Of a DNA stretch of 64,000 bases, positions 1 through 14,909 are shown one piece after another. The notes below the pieces were generated by a model. That model was given only the letters and a program-made list of their open reading frames with translations, had not been told where the DNA came from and ran no database searches. Position 1 is the first letter of the stretch. Each line of letters starts with the position of its first letter. Position numbers and translations under genes: made by a program. Source of the stretch: Limisphaerales bacterium (GTDB taxonomy: Bacteria; Verrucomicrobiota; Verrucomicrobiia; Limisphaerales; SIBE01); assembly GCA_044225505.1 (NCBI GenBank), contig JBGAIN010000010.1:1-64000 (forward strand). The letters run 5' to 3'.

Positions 1-105
1 TTGGAGGCGCTTACCCTCGGCGTACTCGAGAAAACGTCCCAGGAGCAAGTCGTTCGTCAACTGCTCGCCACGGGGCAGCAAATCATACAAGGTCAAGTGC
101 GCCAT
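1..105 (-). CDS. 5' end of a gene running off the window, possibly a DEAD/DEAH-box (DUF3516-type) helicase
   Basis: ATG at 105 opens MAHLTLYDLLPRGEQLTNDLLLGRFLEYAEGKRLQ to the window edge. It resembles the segment preceding the 'LYPAQEEA' Q-motif of such helicases (recalled similarity; only 35 codons visible). Confidence 0.4.
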   Translation of the reverse strand, partial: MAHLTLYDLLPRGEQLTNDLLLGRFLEYAEGKRLQ

Positions 106-244
106 CCCGAGAACCTACTGCGAGAGTCGCGAATTGAGAAGGAGCATCCAATCTTTCTGCCCGCTTTCCATCGAGTCGCTGGTCGGGTCGTGGCGAAAAA
201 CCTTCTAACCGCTGATCTACATTCGCGATGGAGTCCCTGCGGGG

Positions 245-1261
245 ATGATGGCATGCTTTGGTATGCAACACGCTGCCTCACGCTGGCTTTCAGCAATCGC
301 GCTTTTCTTCGGAATCCATGCGATCGGCGATGATGTTCGATTGACGCCGCGGACCCTTGTCACCTTCGCGGATGTCGAAACCGCTCGAACCATCCTGACG
401 AGCCAGGACGATTTCATCCGCGCCCTAAGCCCATTTGATCGCGCAGCCAGAATGAAATCCGATCAACCACGTTCACAGATGGAGTTCCTGACGTTCTTGG
501 GTCAAAATGTTCAACCTTGGGCCGACGCTGAAATCGTGCGCGTTTCGAAAGTTTTAGTGGAACTTTCGTCCAAGCTGACCCCTTACCATTTGCCTTTGCC
601 TCAAAAGATATCGCTGATCAAAACAACGGGAAAAGAAGAAGGCGCAGCGGCTTACACGCGAGGGTCGGCCATTATTTTGCCACAACACGACGTCGAGGAA
701 CCGTCGCGTGATTTACTCGCCCATGAACTCTTTCACGTCATGTCTCGGTACGATGGGTCGCTTCGATCTGAACTTTATCGTGTGATCGGTTTCGTTGTGA
801 CCAACGAAGTCCGGTTGCCCGCAGGGTTGGCAAACCTCAGAATTACAAATCCCGACGGACCCCTCAACAATTCAATCATTGTGGTTCGCGAGCAGGGCCA
901 AGATCGTCCCGTGGTGCCAATCCTCTATTCGCGGTCCGCGCGCTATGACGTGACAACGGGGGGAGAGTTCTTCAATTACTTGGACTTTAAGCTCCTGGCG
1001 GTTGCACACGATGGTAAAGAATACCGCCCGCATATGGTTAACGGTGAACCCTATTTGCTGAAGCCAGACGGTGTAATCGGGTTTTTTGAACAAATTGGCC
1101 GGAATACGGACTATATTATTCACCCCGACGAGATTCTAGCCGTCAACTTTGTCTACATGGTGAACGGCGGGACAAATCTTCCCAGTCCCAGGATCCCCTC
1201 TCAAATGAAGGAAATCCTCAAGGCAAGCAGCGCCCCGGCAGGCGGCGCGGCTCGAAACTAA
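245..1261 (+). CDS. Secreted protein with HExxH motif, putative zinc metallopeptidase
   Basis: 338-aa ORF with a hydrophobic N-terminal signal, AHELFH motif and downstream HPDEILA. Confidence 0.65.
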   Translation: MMACFGMQHAASRWLSAIALFFGIHAIGDDVRLTPRTLVTFADVETARTILTSQDDFIRALSPFDRAARMKSDQPRSQMEFLTFLGQNVQPWADAEIVRVSKVLVELSSKLTPYHLPLPQKISLIKTTGKEEGAAAYTRGSAIILPQHDVEEPSRDLLAHELFHVMSRYDGSLRSELYRVIGFVVTNEVRLPAGLANLRITNPDGPLNNSIIVVREQGQDRPVVPILYSRSARYDVTTGGEFFNYLDFKLLAVAHDGKEYRPHMVNGEPYLLKPDGVIGFFEQIGRNTDYIIHPDEILAVNFVYMVNGGTNLPSPRIPSQMKEILKASSAPAGGAARN

Positions 1262-1428
1262 ATCGCGGACTATCGCAGACGAGTTCCGCCTGGGCGCCCT
1301 ATGTCTTTTCGAACGGTGGCTAAGGCCACGAGAGGCGTCTGTGGAAACTCGCCCCTCGCCACGGGTGCCTTGTCAAAATCCGGCGATGTCTTGTCCGGGG
1401 CGAACGCTTCTCGCGTTGTCGCTGACTT

Positions 1429-1836
1429 CTAGCCACGGCGGCGGCGTTTCACTTGAAGCTGGGCCAACGAATGGGCGAGGGCCGCTGCGGCTACGGCCGC
1501 TTGCTCGTCATCCAACTTCTCGGAAAGCCTGGCCTCGGCTCGCTTGCGCGCTTCCTCCGCCTTGGCTTCATCAATGTTTTCCGCACGGATGGCCATGTCC
1601 GTCAAAATCGAGACATGGTCTCCGGTGATCTCTACGAATCCTTCGCCAACCGCGAGGAAAGACTCCTGTCCGCCCTTTCGGACACTCACTTCCCCAGACA
1701 CGATCTGCGTCATGAGCGGAACGTGTTGTGGGTAAATTCCCATTTCGCCATCAATTCCCGGAAGCGTGACCATCTCAACATCCTCAGAGTAGGTCTTGGC
1801 TTCCGGGGTTACGATTTCGAGCTTTAATGTCACCAT
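1429..1836 (-). CDS. atpC: F1 ATP synthase epsilon subunit
   Basis: LKLEIVTPE...GEMGIYPQHVP motif; last gene of the atp operon. Confidence 0.97.
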   Translation of the reverse strand: MVTLKLEIVTPEAKTYSEDVEMVTLPGIDGEMGIYPQHVPLMTQIVSGEVSVRKGGQESFLAVGEGFVEITGDHVSILTDMAIRAENIDEAKAEEARKRAEARLSEKLDDEQAAVAAAALAHSLAQLQVKRRRRG

Positions 1837-1877
1837 GGCTTGTCGCGCTTGAGAACGAAATGGGACTCGGCGTCCAA

Positions 1878-4198
<2,321 letters not shown>

Positions 4199-4219
4199 GG
4201 CCTATTCCAGTTCGGGGAC

Positions 4220-5755
4220 TTAACGATAAGTCTGTTTGAACTCAGTGACGGTAGTTTTGAGTTCTGCCGCCAAAGCATCGCTCAATGCTTTTTCCTTCCC
4301 AATTCGGGCGATCAATTCTGACTTTCGATTCGTGAGGTAATCGGTCAGTTTGGTCTGAAAATCCTTCACCTTTTCCACGGGCACATCGTCAAAGAAGCCG
4401 TTCTGCACGGCCCACAACGTGGCCGCCTGGATTTCCACCGGGCTCGGATTGTACTGCGGCTGTTTGAAGATTTCGACGATGCGCTTGCCACGTTCGAGTT
4501 GCGCCTGTGTTTTTGGATCAAGATCAGACCCGAACTGTGCGAATGCCGCGAGTTCGCGGAATTGCGCTAACTCCAGCTTAATGCGCCCGGCGACCTGCTT
4601 CATCGCCTTGATCTGCGCAGCGGAACCGACCCGCGAGACGGAAATACCAACGGAGATAGCGGGTCGAATGCCTTGATAAAACAGATCCGTTTCCAAGAAG
4701 ATTTGTCCGTCGGTGATGGAAATCACGTTCGTCGGAATGTAAGCCGACACGTCGCCAGCTTGCGTTTCGATGATGGGCAAGGCGGTCAGAGAACCATTGC
4801 CATACTTCTCCCCTACCCGCGCTGAACGTTCCAACAAACGGCTGTGCAAGTAGAACACATCGCCTGGGTAAGCTTCACGGCCGGAGGGACGCTTCAAGAC
4901 CAGCGACACCTGACGGTAGGCCACCGCGTGTTTGGAGAGATCATCATAGATGATCAGAGCGTCCATCCCATTGTCCATGAACCATTCCCCCATTGCCGCC
5001 CCTGCGAACGGAGCCAAGTATTGATTCGTCGCCGAATCCGATGCAGACGCTGCGACGATGATCGTGTAGGGCATCGCGTTTTCCTGCTCCAAAACACTGA
5101 TCACGCGAGCGACGTTGGACTGCTTCTGTCCGATCGCGACGTAGATGCAGTAGAGGGGGCGATAATCCTTATCTTTCGAAGCTTCGGCAGCCCGATTGAG
5201 GCGCGCCTGGTTAATGATCGTGTCGATGCCAATTGTCGTTTTCCCAGTGGATCGGTCGCCGATGATCAACTCGCGCTGGCCACGACCGATCGGAATCATC
5301 GCATCCACCGCCATAATCCCAGTTTGCACGGGCTGGCTTACGGAACGTCGGCGAATAATCCCAGGTGCAATCTTCTCTACCGGGTAAGCGGTTTCCGCTT
5401 TCACCGGGCCTTTGCCATCGAGGGGTTGACCCAAGGCATTCACGACGCGGCCGAGCAGGCCTTTCCCCACAGGGACCTGGAGTAATTTTCCGGTCGTCCG
5501 AACTTCTTGGCCTTCAAGCACAGCGGTGTAATCGCCGAGAATGATCGCTCCGACGTCGGTTTCTTCCAGGTTTAGCGCTAGACCGACGATACCGTTGCCA
5601 AAGTCCAACATCTCGTTGAGCATGGCGTCGGTCAGACCTTCAATCCGGGCCACACCATCTCCGATCTCGCGAACCGTCCCAACATTCTGTTTGGCGACGG
5701 AGGTTTTGGCTCCTGCAATCTTCTGTTCAATCTCCTGTAGTAATGGGGTGCTCAT
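4220..5755 (-). CDS. atpA: F1 ATP synthase alpha subunit
   Basis: [38 protein letters not shown] at 5755 chosen as start. Confidence 0.99.
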   Translation of the reverse strand: MSTPLLQEIEQKIAGAKTSVAKQNVGTVREIGDGVARIEGLTDAMLNEMLDFGNGIVGLALNLEETDVGAIILGDYTAVLEGQEVRTTGKLLQVPVGKGLLGRVVNALGQPLDGKGPVKAETAYPVEKIAPGIIRRRSVSQPVQTGIMAVDAMIPIGRGQRELIIGDRSTGKTTIGIDTIINQARLNRAAEASKDKDYRPLYCIYVAIGQKQSNVARVISVLEQENAMPYTIIVAASASDSATNQYLAPFAGAAMGEWFMDNGMDALIIYDDLSKHAVAYRQVSLVLKRPSGREAYPGDVFYLHSRLLERSARVGEKYGNGSLTALPIIETQAGDVSAYIPTNVISITDGQIFLETDLFYQGIRPAISVGISVSRVGSAAQIKAMKQVAGRIKLELAQFRELAAFAQFGSDLDPKTQAQLERGKRIVEIFKQPQYNPSPVEIQAATLWAVQNGFFDDVPVEKVKDFQTKLTDYLTNRKSELIARIGKEKALSDALAAELKTTVTEFKQTYR

Positions 5756-5769
5756 AATCAACTCGTCGG

Positions 5770-6171
5770 TCAGGCGGATTCAAAAGCTTCTCGGACTTCC
5801 GTGAGGCGCGCACGCACACTGCCATCGTATACGTCGCTGCCCACTTGCACTCGGATACCCCCCAGCAAGGCAGGGTTATGGGCAAATTGGAAATTCAACC
5901 CTCGGCCGTAGCGCCGCTGCAAGTTGGCCTGGATCTCCGCTTGCATCGGCCCGGTCATCGGGACCGCGCTCTCCACACGCGCCAAACGGCGGTGGGCGTC
6001 GAGCTTCAGCAAGCGTTGGAAATGGGATAGGACCGCGGTGTAGCCACGCGGCCGGCTCTCCAGAATCTGGTCAACCGCTTGCCGAGCTCGGTTGTCGTCC
6101 AAAACTCCATCCACCTGACACGCGCGAAACAGTTTCTTGGCTTCGCGCCGGGATTGCTTTGAGATCTTCAT
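5770..6171 (-). CDS. atpH: F1 ATP synthase delta subunit (short form)
   Basis: [26 protein letters not shown]-terminal OSCP/delta motif; lies between atpF and atpA. Confidence 0.93.
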   Translation of the reverse strand: MKISKQSRREAKKLFRACQVDGVLDDNRARQAVDQILESRPRGYTAVLSHFQRLLKLDAHRRLARVESAVPMTGPMQAEIQANLQRRYGRGLNFQFAHNPALLGGIRVQVGSDVYDGSVRARLTEVREAFESA

Positions 6172-6182
6172 TGCCAGGCGCT

Positions 6183-6734
6183 TTAGGCAGCCAACTGACG
6201 CGTCGTCTCTTGGGCGAGCCGCTGTTGATCATCAGCGGTGAGCACCTTGCCAGTGACTCGGGTCGTGGTTTCCACGACCAAATGGCCAATCTCACGTTTC
6301 AAATCAGCGAGCATTCTCGCGTGATCCTGGACCGCCGCCTCGCGCGCTTTCGTTATAATCTGTTCCGCAGCGGTGATCGCTTTTTGCGTTTCCTGCTCTT
6401 GCACCCGCGCTGCGGCTGCTCGAGCTTCTTCAATCAGCCGATTGGCCTGGATGTTGGCTTGATTCAACACTTCCTGACGTGCCGCTTCGGTTTTCGCGAG
6501 TTCCTGCTTGATGCGATCGGCGTTGGCCAAACCCTCGGCAATGCGCTGACGGCGCTGCTCGAGAACCTGCAGAATCGGCTTATAGGCGAACCGCTGCAGC
6601 AGAATAGCCACGATGGCGAAGCTGATGACTTGCGAGATAAAGTGGGGCCAATCGACGCCGAAAGTCCGGGCGGTTTCACGCCCCATTTGAGCGAGATCAC
6701 TGCCAATAGCAGCGAAAAGAATGTAGTCGTGCAT
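6183..6734 (-). CDS. atpF: Fo ATP synthase subunit b
   Basis: Single TM helix then FAYKPI..LEQRRQRI and a long coiled coil. Confidence 0.95.
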   Translation of the reverse strand: MHDYILFAAIGSDLAQMGRETARTFGVDWPHFISQVISFAIVAILLQRFAYKPILQVLEQRRQRIAEGLANADRIKQELAKTEAARQEVLNQANIQANRLIEEARAAAARVQEQETQKAITAAEQIITKAREAAVQDHARMLADLKREIGHLVVETTTRVTGKVLTADDQQRLAQETTRQLAA

Positions 6735-6782
6735 AGTTCACTGGAGTTCAGTGCGGGGCTCCACGAGCCCCGCACTGTAACC

Positions 6783-6995
6783 CTACTTAACGAGGAAGAT
6801 GGCGTAGAAGACGATAGCCTCAGCAAACGCAATGGCCAAAATCGCCTGCACCAGGATCTTCGTCGCCGCTCCTGGATTGCGCCCGACTGCTTCTGCAGCC
6901 TTCATGCCGATGAATCCGACGCCAATAGCAGCGCCCAGCGCCGCTAAACCGACGTGCAGATTTCCCGTCAACTCCGCCAACATTGGCATTAACAT
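6783..6995 (-). CDS. atpE: Fo ATP synthase subunit c
   Basis: GLAALGAAIGVG, RNP loop, conserved Glu in FAEAI. Confidence 0.97.
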   Translation of the reverse strand: MLMPMLAELTGNLHVGLAALGAAIGVGFIGMKAAEAVGRNPGAATKILVQAILAIAFAEAIVFYAIFLVK

Positions 6996-7096
6996 ACTTT
7001 TTCCTTTCGTTGCATTCTCAACGCTCCCCGCGATTGAACACGGTCAGGGCGTCGAAATCCGATGCGTTTGCGGTGTCTGGTCGAGCTGCCAACCGT

Positions 7097-8026
7097 TCAA
7101 TGATGAGCAGTTGTGTGCTCCTCATCGTGCTGGCAGATGAGCATCGTGAACACCGCGGTCAATAGCATGAAAACAAGGGCTTGAACCACCCCGACCAACA
7201 ATTCCATGAAGTAAAACGGAATCGGCAACAACCAGCCCAAACCAGGCACTAGCCGAGCCATCGATTCCAGCATGTTCTCACCTGCGAAAATATTCCCGTA
7301 AAGCCGGAAGCTAAGCGATACCGGGCGGAAGAGAATGGAGAGGATTTCCAAAAAGCCAACTGCAAAAAAGACGACAATCAGAAGCAGCTTGAGCGGGCCG
7401 GTCGCATCTCCCTTCGGTGCAAACAAGTGTTTCAAAAACCCAATCGGTCCGTTGGCTTGTAAAGCCCAAACCAACCAGCAAACAAAGAAGACTACCGACA
7501 TCGCGAGCGTCATGTTTAAATCCGCATTCGCACCGCGCAGGAGTGGTTGTGTCACGTGAAAACCGTGACCCCCATTAGTCCCCCATCCGATCGTTCCCAC
7601 GCCCGGGATCAATCCGAACCAATTCGCGAACAGAACAAAGATGAAGATCGAGGCGAAGAACCAAAACGTCTTCTTGACCAGGTCATGGCCAATGATGTCC
7701 TGGAGAAAGTCATGTAATCCCTCGACCAGCCATTCCCAAAAATTCTGCGCTCCCGTGGGCACCGCACGGATTTGGCGGGTGGCAATTTGGGCGAAAACAA
7801 TCAGAGCTATGGCCACGACCCAACTCACCAACATGGAGTTCGTCACCGCCAGCGGTCCGACGTGAAATAGGTCCACGGCCGCTGATGGGAGACCATGTTC
7901 CTCCGCAGCTGCTTCGGTGTGGCCCGGTGCCGCCGCCGCGTGCGCGGCCTCAGCTTCGGCCGCCAAGCTGGCTAACGGTAGAGCCGCCAGAAGTAGCGCC
8001 GCCAAAATTGCTTTGATAACCTGCAT
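7097..8026 (-). CDS. atpB: Fo ATP synthase subunit a with N-terminal extension
   Basis: RPVSLSFRLYGNIFAGE, ELLVGVVQALVFMLL; ATG at 8026 chosen as start. Confidence 0.97.
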   Translation of the reverse strand: MQVIKAILAALLLAALPLASLAAEAEAAHAAAAPGHTEAAAEEHGLPSAAVDLFHVGPLAVTNSMLVSWVVAIALIVFAQIATRQIRAVPTGAQNFWEWLVEGLHDFLQDIIGHDLVKKTFWFFASIFIFVLFANWFGLIPGVGTIGWGTNGGHGFHVTQPLLRGANADLNMTLAMSVVFFVCWLVWALQANGPIGFLKHLFAPKGDATGPLKLLLIVVFFAVGFLEILSILFRPVSLSFRLYGNIFAGENMLESMARLVPGLGWLLPIPFYFMELLVGVVQALVFMLLTAVFTMLICQHDEEHTTAHH

Positions 8027-8206
8027 GCTTTTCGAGTGAAACGCGCCTGGAAAATCGCGAATCCTAATGGCCATCCGGTTTGTCTCGTATTGAGCGCACG
8101 GGAAATTGCCAGATCGTGAAATTTTTCACAAGGGATTTTTTTTAAATTCCCCTCTCCAAAAATACGGAAGAGTTGCACCCCTCCTTCCCGACGTTACAGT
8201 CAACCC

Positions 8207-9232
8207 GTGACACTTCTAGCGGTTGAGTCATCCTGCGACGAAACCAGCGCTGCCGTCGTTCGTGACGGTTACGTGCTTTCAAACAACGTGGCGTCTCAGA
8301 TCGAGCTGCACCGGGAGTATGGCGGAGTTGTTCCGGAACTCGCAGCCCGCGAACACCTTCGCAATCTCACGCCGGTCGTTCGCTCCGCCTTGGACGAGGC
8401 TGGCGTGACCCCTCAGGACCTCGATGCCGTGGCGGCCACTCAAGGCCCCGGTCTCCCGACCGCCCTTCTGGTGGGGTTCCACGCGGCGCAGACGCTTGCG
8501 TTCGTTTTGGGCAAGCCTTTCTTTGGCGTTCACCACCACGAAGCGCACTTATATTCGCCGTGGATCACTGGTTCACCGGCTCGCGCTGATTTCGAGAATT
8601 TTCAAGCCAACGTTTCGCTGATCGTGAGCGGCGGACACACTCTCCTTCTCCACGTCGCCGCTGAACTGCACCACCGAGTTCTGGGCTCAACCGTTGACGA
8701 TGCGGCCGGAGAGTGTTTCGATAAAATTGCCAAACTGATCGGACTGCCTTACCCCGGCGGGCCCGAACTCGATCGGTTGGCGGAAGAGGGAGATCGGGCC
8801 GCTTATTCATTCCCCCGGCCAATGATCCATGACGCCAACGACAATTTTAGTTTTAGCGGCTTGAAGACTTCCGTCCGCTATTTCCTGCGCGACCGCCCTA
8901 ACCTCATGGCCAATCGGCGCGAACTCGCTAACCTTTGCGCTAGTGCCCGCGCCGCCATTGTCGACGTGCTCGTGGCAAAGACTATCCGCGCCGCCAAGCG
9001 ATCACGCGTCCGATGCGTCACCGCCTCGGGAGGGGTCACGTGCAATATCGCCTTGCGACGTGAGCTCACCGCGGCCTGCGCCAGGGAAGGCTTCGCCCTT
9101 CGCTTGGCGGAGAAGAGTCTCTGCACCGACAACGCCGCGATGATCGGGGTCCTGGCCGAGCGAAAACTCCTCCGAGGCCTACCGCCCAGCGGCATCCGCG
9201 CGGACATTGCGCCGAGTTGGCAGCTCCCATAG
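8207..9232 (+). CDS. tsaD: tRNA N6-threonylcarbamoyladenosine transferase subunit
   Basis: ESSCDET, GGVVPELAAREH, HHEAH, SGGHT, DDAAGECFDK, CTDNAAMI. Confidence 0.97.
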   Translation: MTLLAVESSCDETSAAVVRDGYVLSNNVASQIELHREYGGVVPELAAREHLRNLTPVVRSALDEAGVTPQDLDAVAATQGPGLPTALLVGFHAAQTLAFVLGKPFFGVHHHEAHLYSPWITGSPARADFENFQANVSLIVSGGHTLLLHVAAELHHRVLGSTVDDAAGECFDKIAKLIGLPYPGGPELDRLAEEGDRAAYSFPRPMIHDANDNFSFSGLKTSVRYFLRDRPNLMANRRELANLCASARAAIVDVLVAKTIRAAKRSRVRCVTASGGVTCNIALRRELTAACAREGFALRLAEKSLCTDNAAMIGVLAERKLLRGLPPSGIRADIAPSWQLP

Positions 9233-9267
9233 CCGCCGGCTCGAGCGACACCGGGTGGCGGCAAGAC

Positions 9268-10170
9268 TTAGGCGCGTTTCTTTTTGTGCCGCCCTTTGAA
9301 CGTCAGCTCGGCGATCCCTGACTTATCAAGTTCGCCCAGCCCTTCTTTGACCATTCGTTCGAATTGTTTCTTCGTGGCGGCGGCCAGCGGCAATTCCAAC
9401 CCCTTCTCTTTCCCCAAAGCCTGCGCTATGCCCGAGTCTTTGGCTGCGTGCGCCGCGGAGAAAAAGCAGGAGTGTTCCCGGTTTTGCATGTCTTCGCCAT
9501 CCGTCTGGAGCACTCTCGAATTGGCTCCGGTTTGGGAAAAGACCTCTCGTAGCATAGCGAGGTCGAGCTTCAAAGCGTGACCAAGCGCTAATCCCTCGGC
9601 CAACCCTGCCGTATTGATGTTCATCACCATATTGACCAGAGCTTTTACCTGCGCTGCTTTACCCGCGGTGCCGATATAACGCATGGAGCTGCTCATCTTC
9701 TCCAAGATCGGTTTGGCTCGTCGATAAGTCTCCTCGGCCCCGCCGCACATCAGATAGAGAGTGCCTTCGCGAGCTTGGGTAATACTCGACGCCATGCACG
9801 CTTCCAACGAAGCGGCGCCAGCTTTTTTGGCGAATTTATCGACGTCAACGTGAACCTTTGGGCTGACCGTGGCGCAGTTGATGAAAAGTCTGCCCTTAGC
9901 GTTGCGCAATAGGCTGTCCGCCGTGTTGGTTGGGGCGAACACCTTATACATCGCCTTGTCATCCGTCACGACGGTAATAATTACGTCCGCCAACTCCGTC
10001 ACTCGCGCCAATCGCGTGCACGCTTCCGCGCTCAACTCTTTGGCGAGCGCTTGCGCCGTTTCTCCCCGAACGTCATACACGGCCGTTACGGCGAAACCGC
10101 AATCCTTGAGACGCCGTGCCATATTGGCTCCCATCCGACCGACTCCAACAAATCCAATCGTGTCCGCCAT
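9268..10170 (-). CDS. NAD(P)-dependent oxidoreductase, beta-hydroxyacid dehydrogenase family
   Basis: IGFVGVGRMGANMA Rossmann motif, catalytic K in QVKALVN, KD motif. Confidence 0.9.
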   Translation of the reverse strand: MADTIGFVGVGRMGANMARRLKDCGFAVTAVYDVRGETAQALAKELSAEACTRLARVTELADVIITVVTDDKAMYKVFAPTNTADSLLRNAKGRLFINCATVSPKVHVDVDKFAKKAGAASLEACMASSITQAREGTLYLMCGGAEETYRRAKPILEKMSSSMRYIGTAGKAAQVKALVNMVMNINTAGLAEGLALGHALKLDLAMLREVFSQTGANSRVLQTDGEDMQNREHSCFFSAAHAAKDSGIAQALGKEKGLELPLAAATKKQFERMVKEGLGELDKSGIAELTFKGRHKKKRA

Positions 10171-10752
10171 ATAGGTCCTTTTTTATGAGGGTTGATCTGG
10201 TTATCGGCCGCGTAGCATACGACAGCCAAGCCGCGAGGCCACGCCTTTTTTAAGCCGCTCTCCCCCTGCTTTCTTGTCGAGAGCATTCGACCGATTGACG
10301 CTCCGATCCTCCGCATGCATCGCTTCCGCCCTGGGTGCCGCAGCGAGTTCCGTCAACGGCTTCCCCGGTGTGCTCCCGCGCACGCAGCCGATGGAGGGCA
10401 CTCCTTAAGTGCATGCCGAGCGTCGGTCCTGCCATGATCGCGCCGCACGGTCATAGCGATGAGCCTGAGGAACAAACAACTTGGGCACGTATTGCCGGAT
10501 TTTAGCGATCCTTGATGTTGGCCGACGGCACGCGAATTTGAAAAGAGGCAGCGCCTCTGCCCGGGCAACACCGCCGGTTCCACTCCCCCGATCTGGTGAC
10601 TTTTGTCACCATCCTCTTAAGCTCTTGAAGTTGTGAGATTTAAAATTTCCGAGGGCTGCCTTCGGTGGCTCGAGGCACCGTTGCTTCGAGCCGGCTTGCC
10701 CGGCAGATTTGGCACGTCTTTTGACCGCTCCGGGTGGGGGCTACGGCTACGC

Positions 10753-10779
10753 AAAAAGGGCCGGCCCGAAGGCCGGCCC
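10753..10779 (-). terminator. Intrinsic terminator of dnaK-groES-groEL
   Basis: Minus strand GGGCCGGCC-TTCG-GGCCGGCCC-TTTTT, 38 nt after the groEL stop. Confidence 0.9.
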
Positions 10780-10817
10780 CTGTGCATTGTGAGCAGGTGG
10801 ATTTGACTCCAACCGGC

Positions 10818-12473
<1,656 letters not shown>

Positions 12474-12489
12474 TCAATTCCTTTTTAAG

Positions 12490-12783
12490 TTATTCAATCA
12501 CGCCGAGAATGTCGTCGGAGTTCAGAATCTTGTACTCCTTGCCATCCAATTTAATCTCCGTGCCGCCGTATTTGCTCACCAGGACGCGGTCACCAATCTT
12601 GACTTCGAAGGGGATCTTCTTGCCATTGTCATCGGTCTTGCCGGTGCCGAGCGCGCGAATGACGCCCTCCGTCGGTTTCTCCTTGGCGGTATCGGGGATG
12701 ATAATTCCGCCTTTTTTGATTTCCTTCTCTTCGGCCGGTTCAACCAAGACTCGGTCGCCGAGCGGTTTTAGGTTAATTGCCAT
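12490..12783 (-). CDS. groS: Co-chaperonin GroES
   Basis: [26 protein letters not shown] at 12783. Confidence 0.98.
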   Translation of the reverse strand: MAINLKPLGDRVLVEPAEEKEIKKGGIIIPDTAKEKPTEGVIRALGTGKTDDNGKKIPFEVKIGDRVLVSKYGGTEIKLDGKEYKILNSDDILGVIE

Positions 12784-12910
12784 ACTTGCTTTCTGTTTGT
12801 TGTTTTCTTGATTCGGTGAATCAAACCCCCGCCGCACTCGCCGCGGGGAAATTGTTAACGCGCTCGCCGGTTGTCATGGCCTGGAGCGCCTTGGGAAACG
12901 CCCAGTCGTG

Positions 12911-14863
12911 CTATTTCTTCTCATCCACGACTTCGGCGTCGATGATCGGACCTTCGTCCTTACCGCTGCTGCTGCGTTCGCCGCCCTCGGGCCTTGCGCC
13001 TCCGGATTGCGCCCCAGCGTCAGCACCCGCTGCCCCTGGGTTTGCTTTGCTCGCCGCTGCTTTGTAGAGCTCTGCCGAGACGGATTGCCAGACCTCGTTA
13101 AGCTTATCTCCAGCAGCTTTCATCGCCGCGGCGTCGGTGCCTTTCAAAGCTTCCTTCGCCGATTTCACAGCCTCTTCAATCCGGCCCTTGTCCGCGGCCG
13201 AGATTTTATCCCCATTGTCCCGCAGCATTTTCTCCGAGCGATAAACCACGTTATCTGTCTCGTTGCGCGCCTCGATCTCCTCGCGCTGCTTCTTGTCATC
13301 CTCAGCGTGAGACTCAGCATCGCGGCGCATCTTCTCGATCTCGTCCTTCGACAAACCACTGCTGGCTGTGATCGTGATCTTCTGCTCTTTGCCAGTGCCC
13401 AGGTCTTTGGCGCTCACGTGCAAGATGCCGTTGGCATCAATGTCGAATGTCACCTCGATTTGGGGCACGCCACGCGGCGCGGGAGGAATATCCGCCAGTT
13501 GGAACTTGCCAATCGGCTTATTGTCGCGCGCCAAGGGGCGTTCGCCCTGCAAGACGTGGATTTCCACGCCGGGCTGATTGTCCGAAGCGGTTGAAAATAT
13601 TTCCGACTTTCGAGTCGGGATAGTTGTGTTGCGCTCGATCAAACGGGTAAATACGCCGCCCAGAGTTTCGATGCCCAAGGAAAGCGGTGTTACATCCAGC
13701 AGCAGCACATCCTTCACCTCACCTTTCAAAACGCCGCCTTGGATGCCTGCTCCCACCGCCACTACCTCATCCGGGTTCACCCCTTGATGCGGTGGCTTGT
13801 TCACGAGCGAATGGGCCGTTTCGACGACTCGCGGCATGCGTGTCATTCCTCCCACCAGGACCAACTCATCGATCTTCTCCGCCGCAACTCCTGCATCGCG
13901 CAAGCAGTTCTTAACTGGGACAATCGTGCGCTCAAACAGATCGTCGCAAAGCTGCTCCATCTTCGCCCGCGTCACTTTCAAGCTAATATGCTTTGGCCCA
14001 CTCGCATCGGCGGTGATGAATGGCAGGTTGATGTCGTAGTTTTGGGCGCTCGAAAGCGCGATCTTGGCCTTTTCACCCTCCTCTTTGATGCGTTGCATGG
14101 CGTCCGGTTGCTTGCGCAGGTCCATGCCATGCTCTTTGCGAAATTCGTCGATGATCCAGTCCATGAGGCGAGCATCCCAATCATCCCCACCCAGGTGCGT
14201 ATCACCATTGGTAGCTTTCACCTCGAACACCCCTTCCCCAATCTCCAAAACGGAGATATCGAACGTGCCACCACCGAGGTCGTACACGGCAATCATCTCG
14301 TCTTTTTTCTTGTCCAAGCCATACGCCAATGAAGCAGCCGTCGGCTCGTTAATGATCCGCAACACTTCCAACCCCGCAATACGACCCGCATCTTTCGTGG
14401 CTTGACGTTGCGAATCGTTAAAATAGGCGGGAACCGTGATGACGGCTTGCGTAATCTTTTCGCCCAAGCGCATTTCTGCATCCGCTTTCAATTTCGCCAG
14501 AATCATCGCCGAAATCTCGGGCGGACTGAATACCTTGGCCTTTCCTTCCACCTCTACTTCCACCGCAGCGTCGCCATTCGATGCTCGAACGACCTTGTAC
14601 GGCACGCGCTTAAGCTCTTCTTGGACTTCATCAAACTTGCGACCCATGAATCGTTTGATGGAGTAAATCGTATTTCGAGAGTTGGTCACCGCCTGGCGCT
14701 TGGCCGCGTCTCCCACCAACCGTTCGCCCGTCTTTGTAAAGGCAACAACGGACGGAGTCGTTCGTTTACCCTCAGAGTTCTCGAGAACTGCAGGTTCCCC
14801 TCCCTCCATGATTGCCATGCACGAATTTGTCGTGCCGAGATCGATACCAAGTACTTTCGCCAT
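12911..14863 (-). CDS. dnaK: Chaperone DnaK (Hsp70)
   Basis: [29 protein letters not shown] at 14863 (MAKVLG). Confidence 0.99.
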   Translation of the reverse strand: MAKVLGIDLGTTNSCMAIMEGGEPAVLENSEGKRTTPSVVAFTKTGERLVGDAAKRQAVTNSRNTIYSIKRFMGRKFDEVQEELKRVPYKVVRASNGDAAVEVEVEGKAKVFSPPEISAMILAKLKADAEMRLGEKITQAVITVPAYFNDSQRQATKDAGRIAGLEVLRIINEPTAASLAYGLDKKKDEMIAVYDLGGGTFDISVLEIGEGVFEVKATNGDTHLGGDDWDARLMDWIIDEFRKEHGMDLRKQPDAMQRIKEEGEKAKIALSSAQNYDINLPFITADASGPKHISLKVTRAKMEQLCDDLFERTIVPVKNCLRDAGVAAEKIDELVLVGGMTRMPRVVETAHSLVNKPPHQGVNPDEVVAVGAGIQGGVLKGEVKDVLLLDVTPLSLGIETLGGVFTRLIERNTTIPTRKSEIFSTASDNQPGVEIHVLQGERPLARDNKPIGKFQLADIPPAPRGVPQIEVTFDIDANGILHVSAKDLGTGKEQKITITASSGLSKDEIEKMRRDAESHAEDDKKQREEIEARNETDNVVYRSEKMLRDNGDKISAADKGRIEEAVKSAKEALKGTDAAAMKAAGDKLNEVWQSVSAELYKAAASKANPGAAGADAGAQSGGARPEGGERSSSGKDEGPIIDAEVVDEKK

Positions 14864-14893
14864 AACGTTCTTTGAAATTTCTGGAAGGTATTC

Positions 14894-14909
14894 AGCACCG
14901 CCAGTGCCA
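14894..14909 (-). promoter_or_regulatory. Sigma54-type (-24/-12) promoter of dnaK operon
   Basis: Minus strand TGGCACTGGCGGTGCT = GG-N10-GC, 30 nt upstream of the dnaK ATG. GTGTGCCA motifs further upstream (14994-15035) are candidate activator sites. Confidence 0.65.

Noticed and set aside
1..333. 110-aa plus-strand ORF at window start
   Set aside because: No motifs; overlaps a more plausible minus-strand gene start and the 245 ORF.
6783..6995. Na+-coupled or N-type ATPase
   Set aside because: Subunit c has E-A rather than the E-S/T plus Gln Na+ signature, and gene order is the standard BEFHAGDC.
12908..14875. Several plus-strand ORFs opposite dnaK
   Set aside because: Classic dnaK antisense frames, often misannotated as glutamate dehydrogenase.
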